64,000 nt of DNA from Macrostomum lignano (Eukaryota): assembly GCA_002269645.1 (NCBI GenBank), contig NIVC01003345.1, positions 1-64,000 on the forward strand, given 5' to 3'. The translations under genes and the position numbers were made by a program. How positions within the stretch are numbered: the stretch's first letter is position 1; each line of letters opens with the position of its first letter. The notes beneath the pieces were generated by a model, which was not told the origin of the DNA, ran no database searches, and was given only the letters and a program-made list of their open reading frames with translations. Positions 26,650-40,084 of the stretch are shown in pieces.

Positions 26650-27370
26650 ATTTAATATTTTCTAAGAAAACTAGAAATGTTGGTCAGCGTGTGCCCTATT
26701 TAAGATTTTCTAAGAAAGCTGGAAATGTTGGTCAGCGTGTGCCCTATTTAAGATTTTCTAAGAAAGCTGGAAGTGTTGGTCAGCGTGTGCCCTATTTAAG
26801 ATTTTCTAAGAAAGCTGGAAATGTTGGTCAGCGTGTGCCCTATTTAAGATTTTCTAAGAAAGCTGGAAATGTTGGTCAGCGTGTGCCCTATTTAAGATTT
26901 TCTAAGAAAGCTGGAAATGTTGGTCAGCGTGTGCCCTATTTAAGATTTTCTAAGAAAGCTGGAAATGTTGGTCAGCGTGTGGCCTATTTAAGATTTTCTA
27001 AGAAAGCTGGAAATGTTGGTCAGCGTGTGGCCTATTTAAGATTTTCTAAGAAAGCTGGAAATGTTGGTCAGCGTGTGCCCTATTTAAGATTTTCTAAGAA
27101 AGCTGGAAATGTTGGTCAGCGTGTGCCCTATTTAAGATTTTCTAAGAAAGCTGGAAATGTTGGTCAGCGTGTGCCCTATTTAAGATTTTCTAAGAAAGCT
27201 GGAAATGTTGGTCAGCGTGTGCCCTATTTAAGATTTTCTAAGAAAACTGGAAGTGTTGGTCAGCGTGTGCCCTATTTAAGATTTTCTAAGAGAATTGGAA
27301 ATGTTGGTCAGCGTGTGATCTACATGTATTTGATGTTTTCTAAGAAAACAGGGAATTTTGGTCAGCGTGT
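26650..27370. repeat. 48-bp minisatellite
   Basis: Unit translates as VPYLRFSKKAGNVGQR; no spacers. Confidence 0.93.
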
Positions 27371-27745
27371 GTGCGTTTGTTGGACGACAATAAGAGAAGT
27401 TTGCAATGCTCATCGGATACTGCAGTTTCAATAAATTAATAATCGTAAATTTCCTATTATTAATAGTAATACCAAATTCGGTTTTTTTCAACTGATAGAA
27501 CCGCTATGTCAATCTTGGCATCGAACGCTAAATCCTAACTAAATCTTGCTTTGAGGATGTGGCCCGAAAATCGCAGCCAATGACGAGAAACCACAGGCAA
27601 AGTTAAGAGAGAGCGGGCTGATGGCGTTGCTTAAAATGAGACTGAAAAAAAGCAGAAAAAGAAAATTCTGGATTGATAAAAAATCAGCGGCGATATCTAA
27701 GATCTATCAATTCCTCTATCATTCTATCAATCTATCAATCTGAGC

Positions 27746-28244
27746 ATGGACTCAAAGTTTAGATTCGGCATTGCTGACATACTGGGCGAGAATCTTCAAC
27801 GAAGTGGACGTCCAGAGTTCGAGTTCGCTGACCGACAGTCTGAAGCCTTCGATGCTCGAGGAGACCCTGACCGACAACGGGAGGGCCGTCCAGCTTCCGT
27901 TGATGAAGCCGAGGACAAAGCTGGGGTTGAAGGCGATGCCGCAGATGAAGACAGCGAAGATGACGACGGTTGCTATGGAGACGAAGCCGACGGGGAAGAG
28001 GATGAGCCGCTGACCGAGGAGCGACCGCCCGGAGCTGCCGGCTCATCTGCCGCCGCCGCCGCCGCCTGCGGCTTCCCGTTTCCTGGAATACCGACATCGT
28101 TTGCCGCTGCAGCAGCTGCGGCGGCGGCGGCGGCTGCTGCTGCTGCTGCGGCGTCGAGCTCGGGACCGCGGCTGGACCAGGCGAGCCAGCTGGCCTGGCT
28201 GTACCCGGGGCTGGTGAACCGGCAGGGCATGTTCGGACTGGGCG
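27746..28244 (+). CDS. NK-like (ANTP) homeobox gene, ceh-19/Abox-like, exon 1 with eh1 motif and poly-Ala
   Basis: MDSKFRFGIADILG contains FxIxxIL (eh1, 27764-27784), followed by acidic and poly-Ala tracts. Donor G|GTGAGC at 28244/28245, phase 1. Confidence 0.85.
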
Positions 28245-28399
28245 GTGAGCGAACCCGCGTCCGCGGGCTGGGCAATCGCAAGGGGAATTAGAGGGAATTG
28301 TTCGGAGAATCGCGCAGGGAATTGAAAAGGGATTTTGCCGGGAATCACGCGGTCAGGCAACGATAGCTCATGGGATCACTTGAAAAATTACGCAGTAAA

Positions 28400-29050
28400 T
28401 TACGTGGAGAATCATGCGGGAGATTACAGAGAGAACCGGCGGGGAATTACAAAGAAAACCGGTGGGGAATCAAAAATAAAACAGGCGGGGAATCACAAAG
28501 AGAACCGGCGGGGAATTACAAAGAGAACCGGCGGGGAATCTCATAGAGAATTGGTAGGGAATCACATAGAGAATTGGCGGGGAATCACAAAGAGAATTGG
28601 TGGGGAATCACATAGAGAATTGGTGGGGAATCACAAAGAGAATTGGTGGGGAATCACAAAGAGAATTGGTAGGGAATCACATAGAGAATTGGTGGGGAAT
28701 CACAAAGAGAATTGGTGGGGAATCACATAGAGAATCGGCGGGGAATCACAAAGAAAACCGGTGGGGAATCACAAATAAAACAGGCGGGGAATCACAAAGA
28801 GAACTGGCGGGGAATTACAAAGAGAACCGGCGGGGAATCTCAAAGAGAATTGGTGGAGAATCACAAAGAGAATCGCCGTGGAATCACAAAGATAATTGGC
28901 GGGGAATCACAAAGATAATTGGCGGGGAATCACATAGAGAATTGGTGGGGAATCACATAGAGAATTGGTGGGGAATCACATAGAGAATTGTTGGGGAATC
29001 GCACAGAGAACCAGCGGGGAATCACAAAGAAAACAGTCGGGTAATTAGAA
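28400..29050. repeat. Degenerate 23-bp minisatellite (GAGAATTGGTGGGGAATCACAAA)
   Basis: In homeobox intron 1. Confidence 0.88.
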
Positions 29051-29879
29051 AGAGAATCGCGTGGGGAATTACACAGAGAGTCATACGGGGAATTGCTAAA
29101 AATGTTCTGATTGTTAGAAGAGTGTTAGAAGAGAGTTTAATGATAAAATAGCATTATTTTTTTTAAACATTCTTGAAATGCACACGGCACAGCTGAATGG
29201 CTTAAACAAATATGAGACCCCAGTTCCGAATGAAAGCATTTGAGAACTGCTGAGTCCACCATTTTAGCATAATTGACCATTTTGCCAAATAGATTACCCA
29301 AAGCTCTCAGCACTGAGAGGCGAGTCTAAAGAGGAAAAGTCAGACGGGCCACTCTCAGCCCTCAACCCCCACTTTCCCACAAGCACCTGACCGAGTTCCC
29401 ACAGATGAAGGACTCCAGATTCTCTCTTGCCTCTCCCTACCATATCATAGCCGTATGGGTCGGTATTAATGAACAAAATTATGCGGATTGAATTGAGTTA
29501 ATCTCCTGATTAAGACGCTTGTCAGTGACAAATGGGCTGAGGCAGGACTCGAGAGGGGTCGAGAAGGGACAGGGAGGGGCAGAAGTTAGGGGCGGAGAAC
29601 ACGTGTGAAAGTGTGTTGTTTTCTCAGCAAACAAATCGACCCCAAAAAGCCATTTTCCTATATTTCCTCTTTGCCACTTTACATCACTTTAGAGTTCCTC
29701 GAAGGACTCAATGGACCGCCATTAATGGGACTGGATCAGTTAGTTGGGGCCCGTGCAGACTCGTTCATGCGATCCAACGAATGAATACCCGACCAATAAT
29801 GCTCTTGATCTGTTTTATTTCAAACTGTCTTTTACTATTTTTAGTTTCCCTTTCGCTTTTCTAGCCTTGCGATCTTTTT

Positions 29880-31530
29880 GTCTTCTCCATCTTCTCCATT
29901 TTCTTCGATTTCTTCTCCGTTTTCTTCTTCGCTTTCTTCTCCGTTTTCTTCTGCGTTTTCTTCTCCGTTTTCTTCTCCGTTTTCTTCTCCGTGTTCTTCT
30001 CCGTTTTCTTCTCCGTTTTCTTCTCCGTTTTCTTCTCCGTTTTCTTCTCCGTTTTCTTCTCCGTTTTCTTCTTCGTTTTCTTCCCCGTTTTCTTTTTAGT
30101 TTTCTTCTTCGTTTTCTTCTCCGTTTTCTTCTCCGTTTTCTTCTCCGTTTTCTTCTCCGTTTTCTTCTTCGTTTTTTTTCAGTTTTCTTCTCCGTTTTCT
30201 TCTCCGTTTTCTTCTCCGTTTTCTTCTTCGTTTTTTTTCCAGTATTCTTCTTCGTTTTCTTCTCCGTTTTCTTCTCCGTTTTCTTCTTCGTTTTTTTCAG
30301 TTTTCTTCTCCGTTTTCTTCTCCGTTTTCTTCTCCGTTTTCTTCCCCGTTTTCTTTTCAGTTTTCTTCTTCGTTTTCTTCTCCGTTTTCTTCTCCGTTTT
30401 CTTCTCCGTTTTCTTCTCCGTTTTCTTCCCCGTTTTCTTCTCCGTTTTATTCTCCGTTTTCTTCCCCGTTTTCCTCTCCGTTTTCTTCTCCGTTTTCTTC
30501 TCCGTTTTCTTCTCCGTTTTCTTCTCCGTTTTCATCCCCGTTTTCTTCTCCGTTTTCTTCTCCGTTTTCTTCTCCGTTTTCTTCTCCGTTTTCTTCTCCG
30601 TTTTCTTCTTTGTTTTCTTCTCCGTTTTCTTCTCCGTTTTCTTCTCCGTTTTCTTCCCCGTTTTCTTTTTAGTTTTCTTCTCCGTTTTCTTTTTCGTTTT
30701 TTTTCAGTTTTCTTCTCCGTTTTCTTCTCCGTTTTCTTCTCCGTTTTCTTCTCCGTTTTCTTCCCCGTTTTCTTCTCCGTTTTCTTTTCAGTTTTCTTCT
30801 TTGTTTTCTTCTCCGTTTTCTTCTCCGTTTTCTTCTTCGTTTTCTTCCCCGTTTTCTTTTCAGTTTTCTTTTCAGTTTTCTTCTTCGTTTTCTTCTCCGT
30901 TTTCTTCTCCGTTTTCTTCTCCGTTTTCTTCCCCGTTTTCTTCTCCGCTTTCTTCCCCGTTTTCTTCTCCGTTTTCTTTCCCGTTTTCTTTTCAGTTTTC
31001 TTCTTTGTTTTCTTCTCCGTTTTCTTCTCCGTTTTCTTCTTCGTTTTCTTCCCCGTTTTCTTTTCAGTTTTCTTTTCAGTTTTCTTCTTCGTTTTCTTCT
31101 CCGTTTTCTTCTCCGTTTTCTTCTCCGTTTTCTTCTCCGTTTTCTTCCCCGTTTTCTTTTCAGTTTTCTTCTCCGTTTTCTTCTCCGTTTTCTTCTCCGT
31201 TTTCTTCCCCGTTTTCTTTTCAGTTTTCTTCTTCGTTTTCTTCTCCGTTTTCTTCTCCGTTTTCTTCTCCGTTTTCTTCTCCGTTTTCTTCCCCGTTTTC
31301 TTCTCCGTTTTCTTCCCCGTTTTCTTCTTCGTTTTCTTCTCCGTTTTCTTTTCAGTTTTCTTCTCTGTTTTCTTTTCAGTTTTCTTCTCCGTGTTCTTCT
31401 CCGTTTTCTTCTCCGTTTTCTTCTCCGTTTTCTTCTTCGTGCTCTTCTCTGTTTTCTTTTCAGTTTTCTTCTACGTTTTATTTTTCATTTTATTTTCCGT
31501 TTTCTTTTCCGTTTTCTTCTCCGTTTTCTT
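29880..31530. repeat. 1.65-kb pyrimidine array (TTTTCTTCTCCG)
   Basis: In homeobox intron 1; source of the 650- and 513-aa ORFs. Confidence 0.95.
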
Positions 31531-31588
31531 AGAAAGTGGTTGCCATGGCAACTCCAACAGAGCCATTCCGCACTCTGCCAACTCGCAG

Positions 31589-31692
31589 CTCCGAAGCAGC
31601 AGGGCCGTCGGGCTCGCAAGCCGGGCATGGAGCGAAAGCCGAGACAGGCGTACTCTTCCAAGCAGCTGGAGAGGCTGGAGACCGAGTTCAAG
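31589..31692 (+). CDS. Homeobox exon 2 (N-terminal arm and helix 1)
   Basis: Acceptor CTCGCAG|CT at 31589 fits phase 1 and gives APKQQGRRARKPGMERKPRQAYSSKQLERLETEFK. Donor AAG|GTAATT at 31692/31693. Confidence 0.8.
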
Positions 31693-31729
31693 GTAATTCT
31701 CCCTGACAGTTCCTTGTGCTTCGGTGACT

Positions 31730-32661
<932 letters not shown>

Positions 32662-32739
32662 TTGTTGAAGAAAAGTTGAATGCTTTTTAGCTTTAGCATG
32701 ATACTGACTTCTACGAGCTAAGAGACTTGTCAATTTTAT

Positions 32740-33270
32740 AGGACACTATGTACTTTTGTATCGATGTATTAAACCCTACAGTCAATCGGAGGGCTCTGTT
32801 TACTTTACGGCTCGTAGTACTGATGTACTAAACCCTGCAGTCAATATAATTGAAGGACACTATGTACTTTTGTATCGATGTACTAAACCCTGCAGTCTAT
32901 TATTGAAGGACACTATGTACTTTTGTATCGATGTACTAAACCTGCAGGCTATAATTAAAGGACACTATCTACTTTAGTATGGATGTACTAAACCCTGCAG
33001 ACAATATAATTAAAGGACGCTATGTACTTTCGTATCAATGTAATAAACCCTGCAGAACCCTGCAGTCAATATAATTAGAGGACACTATGTACCTTTGCAT
33101 GGATGTACTAAACCCCGCAGTCAATATTATAACTAAAAGACACTGTGTACTTTTGTATCGATGTACTAAACCTGCAGTTTATGATTAAAGGACACTATGT
33201 ACTTTTGTATCGATGTACTAAACCCTGCAGTCAATGTAATTAAAAGACACTTTGTACTTTTGTATCTATG
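32740..33270. repeat. 52-55-bp minisatellite downstream of the homeobox stop
   Basis: GGACACTATGTACTTTTGTATCGATGTACTAAACCCTGCAGTCAATATAATTAAA-like units. Confidence 0.85.
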
Positions 33271-33776
33271 TACTATACCTCGAAGCAAATTCAATGATAG
33301 AGCACTGAGTGATTACGAGTTGGTATCCATGTACTAAGAATCTACATACTACTTGCTGAGTTTATGATTACCTTTAGTTATATTGATGATAAGTACATGC
33401 AACTATTTAATTCTGAGTAAGTACACAATATTTATGTATTCAATAGAATTTCTGTTGTTGTCATTGTACATATACTTTCCTTCAGACGCAATGAAGTTTA
33501 ATTTAGGCCATTGTTGACATTTCAGCTTGAAATAGTAAGCATCAGTCAAATTGCTTTTGTTATTCTGCATCAGTCCTTTATTCACTGTTGAAAAAACAGT
33601 TCTGCTCGACGAAGTCATTATCTTTTTATTTTTGTGTTGTCTTTCTTGTGGTAAATTTCATAGACAAATTTATTTGATACAAATAACTTTTTATGCACGG
33701 GCTCTGGAGGTATGAGCTGGAGGGATTTTGTCAGCTTGCATATGGTCCTCTTCCGGGTGATGTTTTATATTTATGA

Positions 33777-34990
33777 ATGGTTGTGGATGGTTGTGGATGG
33801 TTGTGGATGGTTGTGAATGGTTGTGGATGGTTGTAAATGGTTGTGGATGGTTGTGAATGGTTGTGGATGGTTGTGGATGGTTGTGGATGGTTGTGGATGG
33901 TTGTGGATGGTTGTGGATGGTTGTGAATGGTTGTGGATGGTTGTAAATGGTTGTGGATGGTTGTGGATGGTTGTGGATGGTTGTGGATGGTTGTGGATGG
34001 TTGTGGATGGTTGTGGATGGTTGTGGATTGATTGTGGATTGGTTGTGGGAGGCTGTGGATGGTTGTGGATGGTTGTGGATTGGTTGTGGATTGGTTGTGG
34101 ATGGTTGTGGGAGGCTGTGGATGGTTGTGGGAGGCTGTGGATGGTTGTGGATTGGTTGTGGATGATTGTGGATGTTTGTGGGAGGCTGTGGATGGTTGTG
34201 GATGATTGTGGATGTTTGTGGGAGGCTGTGGATGGTTGTGGATGATTGTGGATGTTTCTGGGAGGCTGTGGATGATTGTGGATGTTTGTGGGAGGCTGTG
34301 GATGGTTGTGGATGGTTGTGGATGGTTGTAGGAGGCTGTGGATGGTTGTGGATGGTTGTGGATGGTTGTGGATTGGTTGTGGATGGTTGTGGATGGTTGT
34401 GGATGGTTGTGGATGGTTGTGGATGGTTGTGGATTGGTCGAGGATGGTTGTGGATGGTTGTGGATTGTTTGAGGATGGTTGTGGATGGTTGTGGGAGGCT
34501 GTGGATGGTTGTGGATTGGTTGTGGATGATTGTGGATGTTTGTGGGAGGCTGTGGATGGTTGTGGATGATTGTGGATGTTTGTGGGAGGCTGTGGATGGT
34601 TGTGGATGATTGTGGATGTTTCTGGGAGGCTGTGGATGATTGTGGATGTTTGTGGGAGGCTGTGGATGGTTGTGGATGGTTGTGGATGGTTGTAGGAGGC
34701 TGTGGATGGTTGTGGATGGTTGTGGATGGTTGTGGATTGGTTGTGGATGGTTGTGGATGGTTGTGGATGGTTGTGGATGGTTGTGGATGGTTGTGGATTG
34801 GTTGAGGATGGTTGTGGATGGTTTTGGATTGGTTGAGGATGGTTGTGGATGTTTGTGGATTGGTTGAGGATGGTTGTGGATGGTTGTGGATTGGTTGTGG
34901 ATTGGTTGAGAATGGTTGTGAATGGTTGTGGATGATTGTGGATGTTTGTGGGAGGCTGTGGATGGTTGTTGATGGTTGTGGATGGTTGTA
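33777..34990. repeat. 10-bp array (TGGATGGTTG) with a 364-bp higher-order duplication
   Basis: Identical variant runs start at 34166 and 34530. Confidence 0.92.
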
Positions 34991-35279
34991 GGTAGCCTTG
35001 AATTTAAATAAACTGTTTAATATCCTGATTGGTCGGCCCGACTTTCTTTGTTATCGGCTTCGTCTTTCCAGCCATGCGTCGGGTTTCATGTCTCTTTATC
35101 TGACGCCCTGCAGTGACCAGCTGGACCTGCTGCTGGGCCCAGCCGAGACCCAGTTTGACTTTATAAATACAGCGACAAACTGCCTCAGCTAAAAGGTCTG
35201 AATTTTACTACTCTTAGTAAGCTAAAGGAAAGTAAAAATTTTTCTAGTTTTACCATTCAGGCAACCTCGCCTGATTCAA

Positions 35280-36450
35280 ATGTCTACCTCATTGTCTACC
35301 CAGTGTCTACTCCAGTGTCTACCTCCGTGTCTACTCCAGTGTCTACCTCAGTGTCTACTCCAGTGTCTACCTCAGTGTCTACTCCAGTGTCTACCCAGTG
35401 TCTACTCCAGTGTCTACCTCAGTGTCTACCCAGTGTCTACTCCAGTGTCTACTCCAGTGTCTACTCCAGTGTCTACTCCAGTGTCAACTCCAGTGTCAAC
35501 TCCAGTGTCTACTCCAGTGTCAACTCCAGTGTCAACTCCAGTGTCTACTCCAGTGTCTACTCCAGTGTCTACTCCAGTGTCTACCTCAGTGTCTAATCCA
35601 GTGTCTACCTCAGTGTCTACTCCAGTGTCTACCTCATTGTCTACCCAGTGTCAACTCCAGTGTCAACCTCAGTGTCTACTCCAGTGTCTACCTCATTGTC
35701 TACCCAGTGTCAACTCCAGTTTTTACTCCAATGTCTACTCCAATGTCTACTCCAGTGTCTACTCCAGTGTCTACTTCAGTGTCTACTCCAGTTTTTACTC
35801 CAATGCCTACTCCAGTTTTTACTCCAATGCCTACTCCAATGTCTACTCCAGTGTCTACTCCAGTTTTTACTCCAATGTCTACTCCAATGTCTACTCCAGT
35901 TTTTACTCCAATGCCTACTCCAGTGTCTACTCCAGTTTTTACTCCAATGTCTACTCCAGTGTCTACTCCAGTTTTTACTCCAATGTCTACTGAACAGTGT
36001 CTACTCCAGTTTTTACTCCAATGCCTACTCCAGTGTCTACTCCAGTGTCTACTCTAATGTCAACTCCAGTGTCTACTCCAATGTCTACTCCAGTGTCTAC
36101 TCCAGTTTTTACTCCAATGTCTACTCCAATGTCTACTCCAGTTTTTACTCCAATGTCTACTGAACAGTGTCTACTCCAGTTTTTACTCCAATGCCTACTC
36201 CAGTGTCTACTCCAGTGTCTACTCTAATGTCAACTCCAGTGTCTACTCCAATGTCTACTCCAGTGTCTACTCCAGTTTTTACTCCAATGTCTACTCCAAT
36301 GTCTACTCCAGTTTTTACTCCAATGTCTACTCCAGTGTCTACTCCAGTTTTTACTCCAATGCCTACTCCAGTTTTTACTCCAATGCCTACTCCAGTGTCT
36401 ACTCCAATGTCTACTCCAGTGTCTACTCCAGTGTCTACTCCAGTGTCAAC
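35280..36450. repeat. 12-bp array (GTCTACTCCAGT)
   Basis: Tandem units with a 170-bp internal duplication (35997 vs 36167). Confidence 0.92.
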
Positions 36451-36569
36451 TCCGTGTCTTTCCAGTGCCAATCCAATACTATCTACTTCACTGTCTACCC
36501 TACTGTCTATTGTCAATTATCTACTGTAGCTAATATGCAGTAGTCTTTATCACGAAAAATCACGATCAA

Positions 36570-36810
36570 TAGGGGGGGGGCGGATTTCTGAATAACAGAG
36601 GGGGAGGATTTCTGAATAAAAGGGGGCGGATTTCTGAGTATAGGGGCAGATATCTGAATATTAGGGGCGGATTTCTGATAAACAGGGGGGATTTCTGAAT
36701 AATAGGGGGGCGGATTTCTGATAAATAGGGGGGGGATTTCTGAATAAAAGGGGGGTGGATTTCTGAATTTTAGGGGCGGATTTCTGAATATTAGGGGCGG
36801 ATTTCGGGAT
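36570..36810. repeat. ~21-bp array (GGGGCGGATTTCTGAATA...)
   Basis: Tandem units. Confidence 0.85.
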
Positions 36811-37229
36811 AAAAGTATCGGATGCCGTGGGGCCTCTTTTAGGTTAATGAGATTACAGAAGATAAGATTTCTGAAACATATATCTAGCATCAGAAAAGAG
36901 TAAAAATGAAAAATCTGACTATTTACAGTTAATCAACTAGCTAATAAACATTGATAATTTTATAACTGATTTGTACTGGGTAGTTCTTGCATTAACCGAC
37001 AAAGTTGATAAAGAAATTGAATTGTTGATAGATGTAACAAAATGTAAACATGAGTGAGATTATTGCACAGAAGGGCGCCTTCTCAGTATTAACTACGAGC
37101 TAACTATTTATGGAGTGCATTGGAAAAGGATGGAAAAAAATTACATTGAAATAGTTTAAACATTTATGGACTGTGTATATTCGACAAATAAATGAACCTT
37201 ATAGAGCTGCATTGTTTTTGTAAATTAGA

Positions 37230-37835
37230 AGAGGGGCGGAAGGAGAATCCGTCAGGGGGCGGAAGGAGAATCCGTCAGGGGGCGGAAGGAGAATCTGATA
37301 GGGGGCGGAAGGAGAATCCGATGGGGGGCGGAAGGAGAATCCGTCAGGGGCGGAAGGAGAATCCGATAGGGGCGGAAGGAGAATCCGATAGGGGGCGGAA
37401 GGAGAATCCGATAGGGGGCGGAAGGAGAATCCGATAGGGGGCGGAAGGAGAATCCGTCAGGGGGCGGAAGGAGAATCCGTCAGGGGGCGGAAGGAGAATC
37501 CGATAGGGGGCGGAAGGAGAATCCGTCAGGGGGCGGAAGGAGAATCCGTCAGGGGGCGGAAGGAGAATCCGTCAGGGGCGAAGGAGAATCCGATGGGGGG
37601 CGGAAGGAGAATCCGTCAGGGGGCGGAAGGAGAATCCGTCAGGGGCGAAGGAGAATCCGATGGGGGGCGGAAGGAGAATCCGTCAGGGGGCGGAAGAAGA
37701 ATCCGATAGGGGGCGGAAGGAGAATCCGATGGGGGGCGGAAGGAGAATCCGTTAGGGGGCGGAAGGAGAATCCGTCAGGGGCGGAAGGAGAATCCGTCAG
37801 GGGCGGAAGGAGAATCCGTCAGGGGGCGGAAGGAG
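37230..37835. repeat. 23-bp array (GGGGGCGGAAGGAGAATCCGTCA) just 3' of the nAChR stop
   Basis: Tandem units. Confidence 0.92.
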
Positions 37836-37891
37836 AGCCTCATAGAAATAGTTTCAAAAGTGCTCGGCAAGCCCTCAGCTCAGTGGGGTGC

Positions 37892-38505
37892 CTAGGCGAC
37901 CTTCTTGAACAGCGGCATGATGACCAGGATGATGATGGTGGACATGCAGGCGGCCAGCAGGAACAGCCAGAACAGCAGGCGGTCGACAATGAAGGCCAGC
38001 ATCCGCCAGTCGCTGATGATCATCTGGACGGCCTCGTCCTCGGCCTGACGGCGGATCAGCATCCGCAGGTGCCGCTGCAGCTGGTCGTACTGGCGCAGCC
38101 GACGGCGGTACAGCGGCACTGCGGGGTCGCCGCTGGGGCCGACCGGCGACGTCCCGACGGTCGTCGAGAATCTCGTCGAAGCAGTTGGCGACTTCTCCGC
38201 TGATGCGCCGTTGCAGGCGTCGGTCTCAGCGGTGTCGGCGTCGTCCAAGGCGGTGTCAGAGTCGCCGGCGCCGTACGCCAGCCGGCTCTGCGTCTCCTCG
38301 AAGCGCTGGCGCCGCCGACGCGCCTTGCGCTCGTAGCGCGCCACGGAGGACATGCAGAGCAGCGGCGCCAGACTGCGGAACAAAATCCGCTTGATGGCTG
38401 CCGGCACCGGCCGGTCGTTCGGGCCGATGTGGTGCAGGTGGAGCACGAACACCGTCAGGACGATCGACAGCGAGGTGGTGGACATTGTGACAGTCAGGTA
38501 GATGC
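37892..38505 (-). CDS. nAChR last exon (M3, intracellular loop, M4)
   Basis: GCCGCAG|GIYLTVTMSTTSLSIVLTVFVLHLHH...DWRMLAFIVDRLLFWLF...PLFKKVA*. Isoform A is 507 aa and isoform B is 525 aa. Confidence 0.95.
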
Positions 38506-38569
38506 CTGCGGCCCGGAGTTCAGGGTTGGTTTTTGAATTGAAGATTGAGACGAACTCAACCGAATTTTT

Positions 38570-39660
38570 ATTTAGGTAGATTGGGGCGGATTTAGGTAGA
38601 TTGGGGCGGATTTAGGTATATTGTAGCAAATTTAGGTAGATTGGGGTGGATTTAGGTAGATTGTAGCAAATTTAGGTAGATTGGGGCGGATTTAGGTAGA
38701 TTGGGGCGGATTTAGGTAGATTGGGGCGGATTTAGGTAGATTGGGGCGGATTTAGGTAGATTGGGGCGGATTTAGGTAGATTGTAGCAAATTTAGGTAGA
38801 TTGGGGCGGATTTAGGTAGATTGGGGCGGATTTAGGTAGATTGGGGTGGATTTAGGTAGATTGGGGCGGATTTAGGTAGATTGGGGCGGATTTAGGTAGA
38901 TTGTAGCAAATTTAGGTAGATTGGGGCGGATTTAGGTAGATTGGGGCGGATTTAGGTAGATTGGGGCAAATTTAGGTAGATTGGGGCGGATTTAGGTAGA
39001 TTGGGGCGGATTTAGGTAGATTGGGGCGGATTTAGGTAGATTGGGGCGGATTTAGGTAGATTGGAGCAAATTTAGGTAGATTGGGGCGGATTTAGGTAGA
39101 TTGTAGCAAATTTAGGTAGATTGGGGTGGATTTAGGTAGATTGTAGCAAATTTAGGTAGATTGGGGCGGATTTAGGTAGATTGGGGCGGATTTAGGTAGA
39201 TTGGGGCGGATTTAGGTAGATTGGGGCGGATTTAGGTAGATTGTAGCAAATTTAGGTAGATTGGGGCGGATTTAGGTAGATTGGGGCGGATTTAGGTAGA
39301 TTGGGGCAAATTTAGGTAGATTGGGGCGGATTTAGGTAGATTGGGGCGGATTTAGGTAGATTGGGGCGGATTTAGGTAGATTGGGGCGGATTTAGGTAGA
39401 TTGGGCGGATTTAGGTAGATTGGGGTGGATTTAGGTAGATTGGGGCGGATTTAGGTAGATTGGAGCAGATTTAGGTAGATTGAGGCGGATTTGAGTAGAT
39501 TGGGGTGGATTTAAGTAGATTGGGGAGAATTTAGGTAGATTGGAGCAGATTTAGGTAGATTGGAGCAGATTTAGGTAGATTGGTGCGGATTTAGGTAGAT
39601 TGGAGCATATTTAGGTAGATTGGGGCGGATTTGAGTAGATTGGGGCGGATTTGAGTAGAT
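38570..39660. repeat. 20-bp array (ATTTAGGTAGATTGGGGCGG)
   Basis: Fills the last nAChR intron. Confidence 0.95.
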
Positions 39661-39780
39661 TTAACTGTAATGATTAGATACGAACTCCAATTTCAGATTG
39701 GTATTGAAACAATGGCTCCACGATGCTCTCAAAGACAGGAATAAAAAGCTTCAATAAACAGCGATGAGCTGAGCTCTCAC

Positions 39781-40039
39781 CAATGAGCGGAACGAATTCG
39801 CTAGTGGCTGGCATGTTCTCAGCAATGAGCAGCATGAACACTGAGAAGGCCAGCAGCACCGTGATGCCCAGGGTGATCTTCTCGCCCGAATCCGGCGGCA
39901 GCCAGAATCCCAGCAGGCTGAGAACGGTGAGCCACAGGCAGGGAAAGATGATGTTGAACAGGTAGTAAAGGGTTCGGCGTCTGATCACGATGTGGAACTT
40001 GATGTCCGGGTAGGGTACCGGACTGATTGGGTAGATGGT
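39781..40039 (-). CDS. nAChR common exon (loop C without vicinal Cys, M1, M2)
   Basis: CCGCAG|TIYPISPVPYPDIKFHIVIRRRTLYYLFNIIFPC...LPPDSGEKITLGITVLLAFSVFMLLIAENMPATSEFVPLI|GTGAGA. The GEK motif indicates cation selectivity. Confidence 0.95.
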
Positions 40040-40084
40040 CTGCGGGTTGAGCATGGCGCACATTATTGCGAGGGTGGTACACTT

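Noticed and set aside
29744-31696. 650-aa and 513-aa Phe/Ser-rich ORFs
   Set aside because: Translation of the intronic TTTTCTTCTCCG array.
36540-36820. Weak inverted similarity flanking the 21-bp array (possible decayed TIRs)
   Set aside because: Only about 11 of 12 core bases match and there is no TSD.
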